DNA of 64,000 bases from Phoronis australis (lineage: Eukaryota; Animalia; Phoronida): NCBI GenBank assembly GCA_002633005.1, contig NMRA01000205.1, positions 215,498 through 279,497 of the forward strand, in the 5' to 3' direction. How positions within the stretch are numbered: position 1 is the stretch's first letter; each line of letters begins with the position of its first letter. The notes beneath the pieces are model-generated. The model searched no databases, was not told the DNA's origin, and worked only from the letters and a program-made list of their open reading frames with translations. The position numbers and the translations under genes were made by a program. Of this stretch, positions 26,556 to 39,881 are shown one piece after another.

Positions 26556-27990
26556 AGGAGAAAGCAACCTTTTCATGTCACTTTCAGTAAAAATACGGTT
26601 CGTTGATTATCCCAGGCATATTTTTCAGTTAATAACGGCTTTCCGCAATGTTATAAATTAGTCGTGCCTTACTGCGGAAATGATGTTTAGGGGAATTAAG
26701 AATTTCCCGCCATTATGTTTTCATAGTCTGGCTGTTTGATCTGTCAGTTACTGTTTTACCTCTGTTATGATAAGTTCGGTTGTCGTTTGCGCTTGTTTAA
26801 GAGTCAGTCAACATGCCGCACGGTTGCTGCGTACCGGGGTATACTCGTTATCGTCTCACGCACACAGTATGCCAGTCACCGCTTCCGAAAGATGACACGC
26901 TCCACCGTACTTGGCTCGTTCGTGTAAAGAACGCAGCGTTACCGCCCACGCAACGTACAAACCAGTGGGGAATTACCGAGTGTGTGGCAAGCATTTGCTT
27001 CCGTTGGATTGCGTAAGAGATATGTACTCGGAATCGGTGAAGGTTCCTGCAAAATGACCCCTGAAGAAGGGTGCCATGCTGTCGCTGTTGATTTCCGGCA
27101 GTGCACCGTCGCCACCCCCGAAAAGTGTATTTTTGAAGCGAGTGGCCTCGCGAGCTGTGGCCACTACAGTGGCCGGAGACGCTTCATCTACTATCACACG
27201 TACGTACGCACAGACGTACCCCAGATCGTGCAATTTCGCGAACTAGCAGTGATTTACCGTGTACTGGTGTTGTCTCCAGAGCCTGTAAGCAGCCCTGCAG
27301 CGATGTTGAGTAGTGGTAGTAAATGCAGGCCATGTTCGACACCCAGTGGGGCGGAAAGTTCATCGTCCAGTGGTCAGGCTGGTGAGCCAAACTTTGACAA
27401 GTTTATTGTGGACTTGATTAAAGTATTGGAGCTATATTTAGAAGGTGCCAGGTGTGTGGCGAGGGGGTTACACGGTTGGATGAAAGAGGTTTGGCCGGGT
27501 GCTCAGGTCATCATCCAGTGGAAACAGCATTGGCATTCCACTGAGGTCGGCATAACAGTGCACACCTTGCATTTGCACCAAGACGTCCCACCACGTCTGT
27601 CCTCAGTCTCTGTCTCATCCCTCTCTACAGCTGTCTGTATTCTGCCTCACTATACTCGGGCTCAAACATATATCCACCCACTGCTACTAAAAACTAAAGG
27701 ATTCCTAATTCCAACGTAACTGAGTTCTCTAACAAACTAGCTTGCCGTAGAATACTTGTCGATGGGGAGTGATGACAAAAACAACAGTAGAACAGGATCT
27801 TCACACTAACTCGAACGCGCTTGAAACGAAATATCGGGAAATTCTTAACCTCCTAAACGTCACTTCCGGAGTAGTGCAGGACTAATTAATAAAATTACGG
27901 GGAGCCGTAATTAACCGAAGCATATGTCTGGGATAATCAACGAACCGTATTTTTTACTAAATATGACAAGAAAAAAGGTTGCCTTTCTCT
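26556..27990 (+). mobile_element. Kolobok DNA transposon, internally deleted non-autonomous copy 1
   Basis: ~150-bp TIRs with purine (AG) termini and TTAA at the right flank (27991). + strand: THAP remnant (MPHGCCVPG..PKDD..W..NYRVCGKH) followed by KFIVDL..VLEL. - strand: KolX-like remnant GYMFEPEY..WCKCKVCTVMPTSVECQCC (27520-27680). Confidence 0.85.
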
Positions 27991-30943
27991 TTAAAGTCGC
28001 TGCTAATGAACCATATTCTAGCGTTAAAACCATCACCTCTCTTCCCAGGTGTATATGCACTACCAAAGCAATGTTCTCGAATGTTTAATCCTTTGTTTGA
28101 CTTAAAAGTGTTGGTTACAACAGATGGTCTTAATGCCACTTACGCCCATACTGCTTCGGCGTCTGAAATTTGCCCGCTTTTAACTGTTAACCCGTGACCT
28201 TCACAGTCACGTTCTTCTCAAGCCTGGACTCATTTCTGACATGAGCGTCAAGGTACATGATGAGGCTGATTTTATAACAGGTGGCCCAAATCAAAAAGGG
28301 ATTTTTACTGAAGGCACTATATAAACCTTTAATGACAGTGCCAACTGGCGGCTATCTGCCTTGAAGCGACACAGCTAGTATCAAGGCCAGGGCTATACTA
28401 ACAAAACCAGTTTGGTGAGTAATTCGACTAAAATTCAAATTAAACCGAATTGACGCATGTTTTAATCGAAACGAATCATGATCTTTGATCTTCATACACA
28501 AATAAAATAAACTCGCGCATTCTCTAACAATAATCGCCGATGAGAACGTCCGGGACTCCGAAAATTAAGAAACACTAGTTGTCACGGAAATGCTGATGAC
28601 CTCAATCTGAAGTTTGCTGAGCGGGTGTGTATTCCTGCACATGCGTTGCCTTCGACAACAGCACCACCTGTGATAAGGAGACTTTTCGTATTGTAGTAGT
28701 GAGAGCACGAAATTGTCTCCCCATGGATACCGACTCAAATTTGGTGGACACAACTTCAAAGTACTGCATAGCGGTTCATGAATTTGCAAGCAGAGGGATA
28801 AATTCCACTGTCACACCCTCCCATTAATTGTTGTATTGGTTTAAAGTCAAAACTTTGTGAGAGCCCGCAAATTCGCCCCTGCTTTAAATTGCACCAACAA
28901 TTCAAAACCAATCTAAAATTGTGAAAAACACGAATTCGTCAGATTTAATTATATTTATGCAGTTTTTTATGTTGAGGTGACTATTTACAGGGCTTAGTTT
29001 CACTGCTTGTTTGATATTGTACGGTTAGTATGACTTGAATAAATATATTTTCAGAGTACCGCGTTTTGTTACATCACGCCTAACTCTAGAATTACACACG
29101 TGCATTTGCCCTGGGAATAATAACCTTGCATAAACGGCGTTAGCGGTACATCATGGCTCGTCCGTCGACGGGAAATTTTTGCGAAAATAAAAGCATAAGA
29201 ACACCACTTTCGTATAAAGTGAGCGAAATCGCATGTATTGTGGAAAACTTCCAAAGAACTCTTGAAGTGCTGTGTGAGATAAAATTCGTGTAATTCAGTT
29301 CATATTTCCACAAGTTTCCATGCTGCATTGTCGCCGATTATGTCTTTATGGTCCAAAACTTGCAAATGTCGGGTTAAGTTTGCGCATTGTTCTCCTGGAA
29401 ATACGATCACGCGCGACCATCTGAGTGCCCCGAGGGTATATAATAACCTTTCCAACAGACAATACCGTAAGTTTTACTGTTTTCGATTCATTCTCGTCTG
29501 TTGCATGGCGTTTGTGATTTTTCGGGATCTCATTTGTCACTTGTTAATTGCGTCTTTTGATAAAATGCAGGAATGGCTAACGGCACCCCGTTTACGTTGC
29601 ACATGATACCTTGGTTCACCACACGAGGGCGATGCGAAAGACAGTACACCCCGTTTGGCGCTTTGTCGAATGCAGAGATTTTAATTTACGGGTCATTGAA
29701 AACGGTACATTTCAAAAATTGTTTAAGTTGTTAGTCTGATGGTTTATGGCCAATCCGACGAAAATTGGTACTTTATGGTCGATAACGTGTAACCCATGCG
29801 CTAGCTAAATATAGTATACTGTGGTTGTGAGTTCACGGTCCACCTGGATATGAGGACAAGGACCGTTTGAATGTAAAGGAAAACACAACCACTTCAATGA
29901 GCCGTTCAGTCAGGCACATGCTGACCCGACGCCAACTGTCAGTGAAATCAATTACCCAGCCAATCAGACTAGGGTATAACTACAGAGCCGTGTACTCGTC
30001 GTTTATACTCTTTACCCATCCGGAACTCCTGGGTAATTTCGTAGCCTCAAATGTCATTCGGAACACCTCGGGTATTTTCCCTCGGACGCATGTACAAACT
30101 TCAATCATAAAGCCAACCAGTCTTCGCTTTGGAAGCTACACGACTGATCGTATGATCTGAAGTCCGCATATGTACAGACAACTTTCACCCGAGGGCACTT
30201 GAGCTACGACAATACCGGAAGTGTTCTGGATACCCTCGGGGATATTTCATATGTGCGCACTTCAATAATAACATCAAGTCATGAAACTCTCCAAATGGAG
30301 AATGCTGTCAAATGCGCCGGAATACCCTTGTGATAAGACCAAGAAATAGAATTATTCCTTCTGATTTCCACACGACGACACATTTTGAAACATGCAAAGC
30401 ACCATCTGTTTCAAGAAAAAGGCGCCCTGGAGGCACCATTCTTAATCAGCGAAGCTCTTTATTTTTGGAAACCTACAACCTTGTAAAAGTAGTTTTGTTT
30501 TTGTAACAAGGTGACTTGACGGTACCATAACGACAAGTACTCCTTTTATGACCTTATTCACTACGAGCGGGTTTACAACGGCAACTGCACGTGGCGAGTG
30601 CTGTCAACCCTTCCCGGTTGACCCGAGCACAGTCACCAAAGGGCTGTCGACCGGGAGAACAGCTACTCTCTGGTGTCAACTAATTAAAACAAAACATTCA
30701 ACATACTTTTTCGTGTCACGTACGTACCGGTCACAAACGTTAAAAACAGGATCGTATGCCTACTGCCGCCCACCGGGGACATTGACCTTTCGTGTGACCA
30801 CCATGCTTTCGCAGGACCACTCTACTGCAGACGAGGCGCTGTGAGAGAGTGTACTCAAATTTCCCCATTTGTCGTGGAGGGGTTATTATTAAATGTGGTT
30901 TGACCATAAAGGCGGGGCTGATTTGCCGGTGGTTTGTTTGAAT

Positions 30944-31220
30944 TCACATCCCAGAAATTTCACCGTCATTATCAGCATCAACACAATTATCATTTTGGCT
31001 AACCTCGCTACCACCACCATCATCACTGTCATAGTCATAGTCATCGTTAACCTCAGTATCATAACTTTCATTACCTTTAACACCACCATCGACAATGTTA
31101 TTGACGTCATCATGGTTATCATCGTTACCATCACCACCACAACCAATATCACCGCCGTGATCATGATCATCGCCATAACCAGTGACATTACCGTCATAAT
31201 TGACCACCGGCATCATCACT
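30944..31220. repeat. Degenerate (CAT/CAC/CGT)n low-complexity tract
   Basis: Triplet-periodic sequence that gives spurious I/T-, M/V- and D/G-rich ORFs in several frames. Confidence 0.85.
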
Positions 31221-31720
31221 GATACCGGCTTACACTAGAGAGCATAGAGTTGTGAGAGGTTAGAAGCCCCAGTCGCTCAACCCAATTTGTAATTCGGGTG
31301 CGAAAGATGGGCCGGGTTTACAGGGACGAAACGCAATCATTTTGAGACGTCGGACATTTTCATGTGAATCGTTTTAACATTCCACCGCGCAAAAGTAACA
31401 AACTTAGTAGAGTTCAACAAGGCTCCAAAACCTCGCTCGAAGACCAAACCTTCGCGAGATTTTGCAGTGGATTTTGAATGAGAGCACGTGATTTTGGCTA
31501 GATTTTTCTCACTGCGAGACAGCTATTGAACTCTACCCTGATGGCATGATGGTTAAAACGAAGATACAGGGAAAATCGCTGTGAATCGTCCCACTGCATT
31601 TAATCCATTAAAGATTAGGCATGCAGAACGCTCTCCGAACTACAGTATTAGCGTCTGGCTACAAGGCATAAGGCTTATTTCACTATGTCCCTAATATATC
31701 GGAAAACGGCTGTTGCTTAC

Positions 31721-32171
31721 CTGCAATACACACTCATCTGTTTTAACTTGAGAAATGTCTCGTAGTTGCGTCCACCCGCCTCATAGAATTGCTTAAAGGA
31801 CGACTTGTCTTCATTACTGCCATTAACAGGCAATTTATCCAATATGACATCCACTGGTTCTTCCTGCCCCAAAGGTATTTCCTTTCCCTTCGGTTCCAAT
31901 GTTGCGTGGTTTGTGAGAGATGTTGTTCTTTTAGGCCTACTTACGTTTCTTTCTTTGCTCGATATTTCGTGAATGTAAGCTTGTAAGTTAGTGAGATTGG
32001 CCGATGGCTCACCACTAGGAGACAGTTGCCTAACCAAATCAGTCTCGGAAAAATTGTCTCCTTTCTCACCCTCGCCATATCTGGATTGGTTTTGCGGCGA
32101 CACTGAGCATGGCGTTGAGTCATGCAGTTCAGTTTCGAGCAACCTACAAGGGTGGTCCGACTCTACAAACG
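31721..32171 (-). CDS. SAM-domain protein, upstream exon (start exon not identified)
   Basis: Open frame (FVESDHPCR...NYETFLKLKQMSVYC), acceptor TTTTGGTTCCAG and donor AG|GTAAGC. The phase-2 end (AG) joins G at 24378 to make Arg, in frame across a 7.3-kb intron. Confidence 0.75.
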
Positions 32172-32952
32172 CTGGAACCAAAACAGATGCGGAAAATGAA
32201 AGTTTAGTCTTCGATACCTGTACTACTACACCTGTTTATGATCATTATTTAAAATAAAAGAATCAACTTTAAACGTATATCAGCTATTGCGCCATGATGT
32301 ATGAGCAATGAAAAATCTAAAATATACAATACGCGTGTCACCTTTTCTGTCGCACAGAGAAGCATTGCCGTTCTTGTCCAAGTCTTTATGTTGTAAAAGT
32401 TTAGGAAGTGTTTCCATATTATCACAGCTGAGTACTTAAGACATATATTGCGCATTTAGTCTTTACGTCGCCTGGTTACGAACTAATTTGATATTATAAA
32501 TGCCTCAATATCTTATTAGCATAGAAGTACCTCAAGCGTATCGCGTAAAACGACAACGACAGTGCACGGAGATTTATTGTATTCAGGTTTCACTTGAGTT
32601 ATTTGATATGAACTATTCGCATTTCCGTTAGCGGCAAGTTGCACGCTTGTCCGATCACGGCCTTGTTGCCTTTGTCACACAGCGGAGGTTGAGTTTCAAA
32701 CCGTAACAAATACAAAAACCCTGCTGCCTGGTGTAATGTCATCCGCAGCAAGTTATGGTACATGGGTACAACGTTTACTCAGAAATGTTAAAACTATTCT
32801 AGAGAAAGGTAAATTGTAAAATCATTCTCACAAGATTGGTGAGGGAAAGCCCGTAGATGTCGGTGTCTTCAACGTCTAATAACTAGTTTTTGGAATACTA
32901 CAAAAGACAATCGAACGCGCTAGTCGGTCTTGATAACTTGTGACTTGTAATA

Positions 32953-33484
32953 CAGGGTATCCCAAAAACACTCCAAAATATAAGTACCAGGACATGTTTT
33001 ACTGGGACCAATGGTTGCTTTTCATATAATTATTCCAGAAATCTCAAATTTCTTTTTGCAGTGCGTACAGAAAGTTAGAAAAGTGCCGCAGTTGGCTCCA
33101 TTACAGAGAACGAAAATATTCCAATTTTGGTGCCAAGCGCTACTAGTTGCGCCGCAGCTCCGGCAATGATTTTGAGAAATTTCAACAAAACTGATGCGCC
33201 AAGTTGGAATACACTAACCATTTCGTTGGTTTCTGCTGTGGAAATTTGTTTTCGGTTCTAATATATGAGTCGTTGAAATGAGAAGTGACCAAGTTTTTTG
33301 AGCATGGGAAGACTGTAAGACAGTCAGCAGTGCCATGTCTGTGATACATCCATTCGTTGTTTCTTGACATTAGAGAGTTCTGTGAAATTTTTTGGTTCCC
33401 GGAATACCAAAACTCATTGTTCCTAGTAAATCATGTAGTGTTTACATTTCGGTGCATTTTTGTTAACATTTTTGGCACACCTTA
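32953..33484. mobile_element. Possible Tc1/mariner-type MITE
   Basis: TA-CAGGGTATCCCAAAAA at the left and degenerate TTTTTGGCACACCTTA at the right. Confidence 0.4.
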
Positions 33485-33907
33485 GATATGTCTTGAAATT
33501 GGTTGCCCAACAAACGTGAGGGGAACTTGAACAACGCGCGTGACTCAGAAAGTTTTATGAGCCGGTACCTTATGGTAAATTGATTTCTAGGACAATGTGC
33601 ACCAGTGTATGTAGGTTTATGTCAACACCGCTTGTTTGTGCGGAATTTCCTTTGTGTCCTGGCTGATCAGCTACCACGAGATGCAATCGGGAACTGTACA
33701 ATTTCATCGACAGGGATATGAATAAGTGAATGGACGCCATATAATACTTTATGGAATGAAATTTTGGTTGCATTACCTATCCCCACTGAGAGACAGCAAT
33801 GCATTCTGAGATTTTTTGCAAGTTGATTATACAATACACGCGGGAGTTAATTGGTCTGTTGTAAATCAGCGCGTTGATATGGTATAAATATGAATCAATA
33901 GGTTTCT

Positions 33908-34570
33908 TACCAACCATACCCTGGCCACATCACGTGATCTATAGCTACAAATGTGAAAAGATCTCTGTCCCGACAGGTGGAGCTCAAGACATATATTATT
34001 TTCTTCTAACTGCTGTCCACCGAGCCATTGGGACCACCGGTCGATGACAGAAATCCAATCAGACATAGTAGAAGACGTCTTACCCAAACTTAGGAGAGCA
34101 TCTACGTGACCTATAGTTAGCGTATGCACGGTTAGCAGAAAGTTCTCCATGACAACAAGTAGCAGCATATGTTAACAAAAACAACGGACTTAAACCGGCT
34201 TGACATGTTTCGGTGTCGTTTATTGAAACACCATCACCAGAAGAAAAAAAAAACACAGTGGCCACCTTGCTAGGCCCAACAAGAAGTAATGAAACACAGA
34301 CACATTGTTGGTCTAGCTTGTTGTTGCTCCCTGTGGCTGACTGTGTCTGTGTTTCCTTACTTCTTGTTGGGCCTAGCAAGGTGGCCACTGTGTTTTTTTT
34401 TCTTCTGGTGATGGTGTTTCAATAAACGACACCGAAACACGTCAAGCCGGCTTAAATCCGTTGTTGTTTTTACTAACAATAGCAGAAAGTCCTCGGTTCG
34501 ATCCTCAGTAGGACAGAGAACTTTACAGGCTTAACTATGGTCACGTGATGTGGCCACCTTATGGAGTGTA
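33908..34570. mobile_element. MITE with TIRs and an internal tRNA-like segment, interrupted by a PLE insertion
   Basis: TGGCCACATCACGTGA at 33922 is inverted at 34541-34556, and the arms extend inward (TCTCTGTCC). B-box GGTTCGATCC at 34495. Confidence 0.6.
34148..34479. mobile_element. Inverted (palindromic) Penelope pLTR insertion with ~15-bp TSD
   Basis: Arms 34170-34304 and 34342-34478 are reverse complements and homologous to 10131-10290. Flanked by TAGCAGAAAGT(T/C)CTC at 34133-34147 and 34480-34494. Confidence 0.88.
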
Positions 34571-35894
34571 AAAAGATTCATAACTCTTACTTGTAACACA
34601 TGGGAGGCATTATGCAGCGACTAAAATCTTGCATGACAGACTTGTACAGGTTAAATGAAGCACATTAGCTAATCAGCCTTCATTGCGAACTAAACGTGAC
34701 CTAATGGCGTTGAAATGTGTTTTGACTGAATGCAAGACGCACTGGCAACATACATGTAGAAAGAACAGGCTGCACGTAAGTTTTTTTTTCATGAAAGTGT
34801 TTACTGGAACATCATCGATTTTATGGTGAAAACACGCAAATCGGGGATTAATTTTGGACGGGGTGAACTTTTTGAAGTTATAAGTTTTAATGACGTTGTC
34901 TGCCAGACATTCTCTGAAATCAAAGCAGACCGTCACACGAGTAATATAGCTCCGCCACCAAGTTGTTTGACTGCGACTACGAAGCTTCCTGGTTCGAATC
35001 CGCACGAGCGCTCACAGATACTACCACTTTCAGCTGATTCGTGACGAATAAATACTCCAGTTTATTGTAGTCATAACAAGGTGTTCTAAATATAGAGACA
35101 AATTGGGGTAATAACTCAGTTTCTTGTTGCATTTGCATTTTCCAAGCTGACTTCGTACATCAGAGTCAATGACTTACGTTGACCTTTAACATCAAGGCGA
35201 CATATCTTTCGAAGATTACTCGAACATTGCGGTTTGCTGCGTTTGACTGCCTAGAAAATTAGACAAGAAACATGTGACTATAGATTTCAATATCCCAAAA
35301 TCTCCGCAGATGCTATTTTCTAACGCCGGGAAGATGCAAGATGTCTAGAGACTAATTTGGCCGACCCGCATTTCATTTGTCGTGGAAATGAGAATACTGA
35401 TATCCGACACCGTCAAAGAAAAAAAAAAAATTGAAACAGAAATGCATTTGCTATCATACATATACGTCCACACTTGAAATTCCCCGTCACACACGTTGTA
35501 CGATGCTAGCAAAGCACCGGCGGTTATACGTTGTCCATGTACATTCGTAGAGGTCGTTTGCATCTTTGCAATCATCGGTGTTGCACGACCATCGTGCGAC
35601 ATTAGATCAAGATTTCGGCAGCCAAATCACGATTTTTCCGAAAATCGCAGTTTCGCCACGCCTACCATTGACTCGGTTGCGAAGTCCCACTAGTGCAACA
35701 CAAATATACCAGTAGATTAATAAATTCTCAGGTCTTATATCAAATAAAGGAAAGGCAGCTTGTGTGAAGATTGGAGAAAATACATTCAACAATTCTGATC
35801 TTTGCTCAAGTGTTAACGATTCTTGTATAAAGACACACTATGCCTGTTTGTAAATTAACTCAGGCGTTGATCTGTCCGCAATTGTCGAACTTAA

Positions 35895-37334
35895 CGGAGA
35901 AGGCAACATTTTCATGTCATTTTTAGCCGCGAAAAAATACGGTTCGTTGATTATCCCAGACATTTGTTTCGGTTAATAACGGCTTTCCGTAATTTTGTTA
36001 AATAGTCGTGCCTTACTCCGGAAGTGGGTTAAGAATTTCCGGCCATTTCGTTTTCATACACTGCAGTCTGACTGTGTGACATGTCGAGTAAGTCATTGTT
36101 TTACCTCGGTTGTGATAAGTTCGATTGTCGTTTGCGTTTGTTTACGAGTCAGTCAACATGCCACACGGTTGCTGCGTACCGGAGTGTACTCATTATCGTC
36201 TCGCGAACTTTGGGTCTGCTTTTATACCGCCCGCTTTCCGTAAGATGACAGGGTCCGCCGTACTTGGCCCGTTAGTGTGAAGTCCGCAGCGTTACCGTCC
36301 ACGCAACGTACAAAGCAGTGGAGAATTACCGAGAGTGTGGCAAGCATTTTCTGCCGTTGGATTACGAAAGAGACATGTACGCGGAATTGACGAAAGTTCC
36401 TGCAAAACAACGCCTGAAGAAGGGTGTCATGCTGTCGCTTGATTCCCGCTAGTGCCCCGTCGCCATTTTTGAAGCGAGTAGCCTCGCGAGCTGTGGCCTC
36501 TACAGTGACTGGAGGCGCTTCATTTCCTCTCACCCCTGCCTCCGAACCTACCTTAGAGCGTGCAATTCCGGGAACTAGCAGTGAACTGCCCCGTGCATGT
36601 GTTGTCTCCAGCCCAGAGCCTGTGAGCAGCCCTGCACCGATGGTGAGTAGTGGGTGTCAGTACAGGCCAAGTTCGACACCCAGTGGGGAGGACAGTCCGT
36701 CGTCCAGTGGTCAGGCCGGTGAGCCAAACTTTGATAAGTTTATTGTGGACTTGACTAACGTATTGGAGCTATTTAGAAGTTGCCAAGTGTGTGACGAGGG
36801 AGTCACGCGGCTGGATGTAAGCGGTTTGAGTGATGAGGTCACCATCAAGTGGGAACCGTAGCATAGGCATTCCACTGAGGTCGGCATAACAGCTGCACAC
36901 CTTGCATCTGCACCAAGACGTCCCACGCCTGTCCTCAGTCGCTACCTCGTCGATCCTCTCCGGCAATAGCTGTCTGTATTCTGTCTCAATAGGAATACTC
37001 GGGCTCATGCCATATCCACCCACTGCTACTACAAGCTAAAAAATTGCTAAACCTAACGTAATTGAGTTATCGAACAACCTAGCTAGGTTGTAGAATATTC
37101 GTCGATGGGAAGTGGTGCCGACAATTTTAGGAGACCAGCATAAAAACAACAGTAGAACAGATCCTCACAGTAGCTGGAACGCACTAGAAACGTAATGGAG
37201 GAAAATTCTTAACCTCCTGAACGTCACTTCCGGAGTAGCGCACGACTAATTAATAAACTTACCAAGAGCCGTAATTAACTGAAGCATATGTCTTGGATAA
37301 TCAATGAACCGTATTTTTATTATAAAACACCCCT
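35895..37334 (+). mobile_element. Kolobok non-autonomous copy 2 (same family as 26556-27990)
   Basis: Preceded by TTAA (35891-94). Same TIRs. THAP ATG at 36158 (MPHGCCVPECT..CGKHF), KFIVDLTNVLELFRSCQVC, and an opposite-strand WCRCKVC..MPTSVECLC. The right tip is degenerate. Confidence 0.83.
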
Positions 37335-39881
37335 TTAAAGGGATATCGTCTTCGAGAAAAGTGATTTTCTGAGATCAAGCCTCAGTGCAGAATAAAATCT
37401 GGAACCCCCGCGGTCGCTGTCCCACTTCGTAAACTGTAGAATACTTAACTGGCAAAATAACGGGTCTTTACTTCAGCGAATGTCTGACAGACAACGGCTA
37501 GAATTGTTGGTTTTCATAAAATAACAGAGACACAGCCTATATTGTTTTTAGATGTTTACTCAAAACCAAGAAGTCTGTACCGTTCAACAATAATCACATA
37601 AATGTGAATTACATTTGCAGTAAAACTGATGATGTTCCTTAAGCGATTAGTAATGAAATTGAAATATTGACCTGCTCCAGAAGGTAGTAAACTCCCCTTG
37701 GAGGAATTACTGTAGTTTTAGATTTAAAAGTATCTCTTTCCACCGAAGCTGATTCGTTTGTTTCTTACTTTTCCATCAGCACCCAGGCAATGGATTAAAC
37801 GCCTTGAACAAAGTTTTTTCGGGTTTGCTTTTGCCTGGCAAAATCATAGAATATCGAGAATCGAACTATAACCTTTCACTAGAAGGTTGTAAAACGACTC
37901 CCTTTGAATTCTTAAATGCCAAGTCCCTTAAGCTGTGCTGCTTCCAAAGGCTTGTATCAACCAGATATGTCTTTGGAAAGAATATTGCTGTTACAGCGCT
38001 ACTCATTGTGTGGACACAACTTTTTACATTTCGGCGATTGTGTTTAAGCAAAATTGCAAATGCATTTTCGTTTGAAGTGTTTGGTTACTTCGCGCAAGTT
38101 TGGGGTATTGAGTAGAAATGAAAATTTTCAATGCCATCCAATCTGGCATAACAGCCATATAACTGTAGACGGTGGTATAAAAAGATACTTCTTACACTCA
38201 TGACGCTTGACAAAGACAGACATTTTAGCCCTTACGAAACATTTTGAAACAAGTTTGGTTTCTCTCCAGCCGTAACTATTTTATACGCAAGTTTTCATTT
38301 TAAAAAAGATTCCTGAAATCGGAGATTTTCTGTGAGCCTTTCAAACTTCCCAACGTGACCCCTCCCTTCCTCCTTAATTTAATACATTTACAAAATAACT
38401 GACCAGTTGAAGTGGAAATTACAAAATAGCGATGTTGATTCATCCAAATGCCGGAGGGACCTGCATGCTTGCATTCTTATTGTTAATGATGGAAGTCGGG
38501 ATCATTTTGCGGGCAATTGCACGGAAATAAATAATGGAAACCACGCCTAGCTTAAAGCGAAGTTTTTTATATATTAGTGTAGAGATACCCATCAATCATC
38601 CGCCAGGGGACGCAGAAAGATAACAATTAACCTTGACAGGATTTTATTTCCGTTGAACGTCGAAACCGTGGGCGACTCAAGAAAACATTTCAACCCTAAA
38701 TTTGCAAAAATCGCATGTGCCTGTATGCATCGCCTGTGAGTTAATGACTAATGCGGCAATATTTCGAGTTGAGAGAAGCTTAGTATTTATTTCCTCCCTA
38801 AAGTGCTCCAGTTTAACTCGTTGACATGATAACCAGCCAACTAATTCTCGAGTCCAAAACGGCGCATCCAATTTTCAATCGCTTCTCACGTAGTGATGGT
38901 CGTAGCTTTGATTCCATTAGGCTGAGGGAGGCAGGGTGTAATTGCCCCTCATAAATTCGGGCAAAATAACCGGGCAGTGGCCGAGCTTTCAATGGAAATG
39001 GCGGGGAAAACTGAGAAGGGGAATGAAATGGGTGGTGACATTATCTGGTTATGTCTACCACGGGTAAAAATCATATCCTTCCCTCCTGTCCAATGTCTTA
39101 AAGTCAAGCCAGTACTTTAGAGAACTGTCAGACCAACTTACTACATGCAAAAATAGGGATTTCACGTCTCATTTTTATGCTTAGTTAATCTAAAATTACG
39201 CCCCAAATTTATACCGAAATGGTGAAAAAGCGTCCCAAAGCTATTCTAAAAAATGAAAAATGGCACGCATCTCGACGCCATTTACCCACTGTCCGCATTA
39301 TATTGACTGCACCCCGAGCCATCAAGGGTGGGTTTCCAGTAAGCACGTGTGGGATTCCTCATGCTCAAGAGAAAGACACCTTCACCAATCTTTGCCCCGC
39401 CCCCCCCCCTCTCTCTCTCTTTCGTCACAAGAATTCAATCAAATTTTCTGTCACCAAATTAACCCGCGCTTACCCATTCGCCACAAGTTTTGTTCGATCG
39501 ACTTCGATCATAGACCACATGCGTAAACTGAAATAGGACACCGATACTTTCACGGCCCTGAAGCAGGCAACAGCCACCACGTCAGTTTATAAGCGTATAG
39601 CAGGCCGACCATTTTGTTGTGTGGAACTCAGTGATAGGGATCAGCAAGTCTGGTCATTTTACTTTCACTTCTGCCCATTAAAGGTAAAACACGACAAACG
39701 TAAAGCAACAGCCCTTAGCCGAGGTCACATAAACCTGTCCTTTGACACTAGATATTTCATCCAAGTTGCTGTCCAAGGATAGCGTCCACAGCTACCACTG
39801 CTAATTCCGCTTGTCTCATAATCTCACTAAACATTTCATCCAGAAAGAAGTCTACTCCACAGTTTTTTCATCGACGGATAC

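Noticed and set aside
30889-31222. Three overlapping ORFs (I/T-, M/V- and D/G-rich)
   Set aside because: Artefacts of a degenerate triplet repeat inside an intron.
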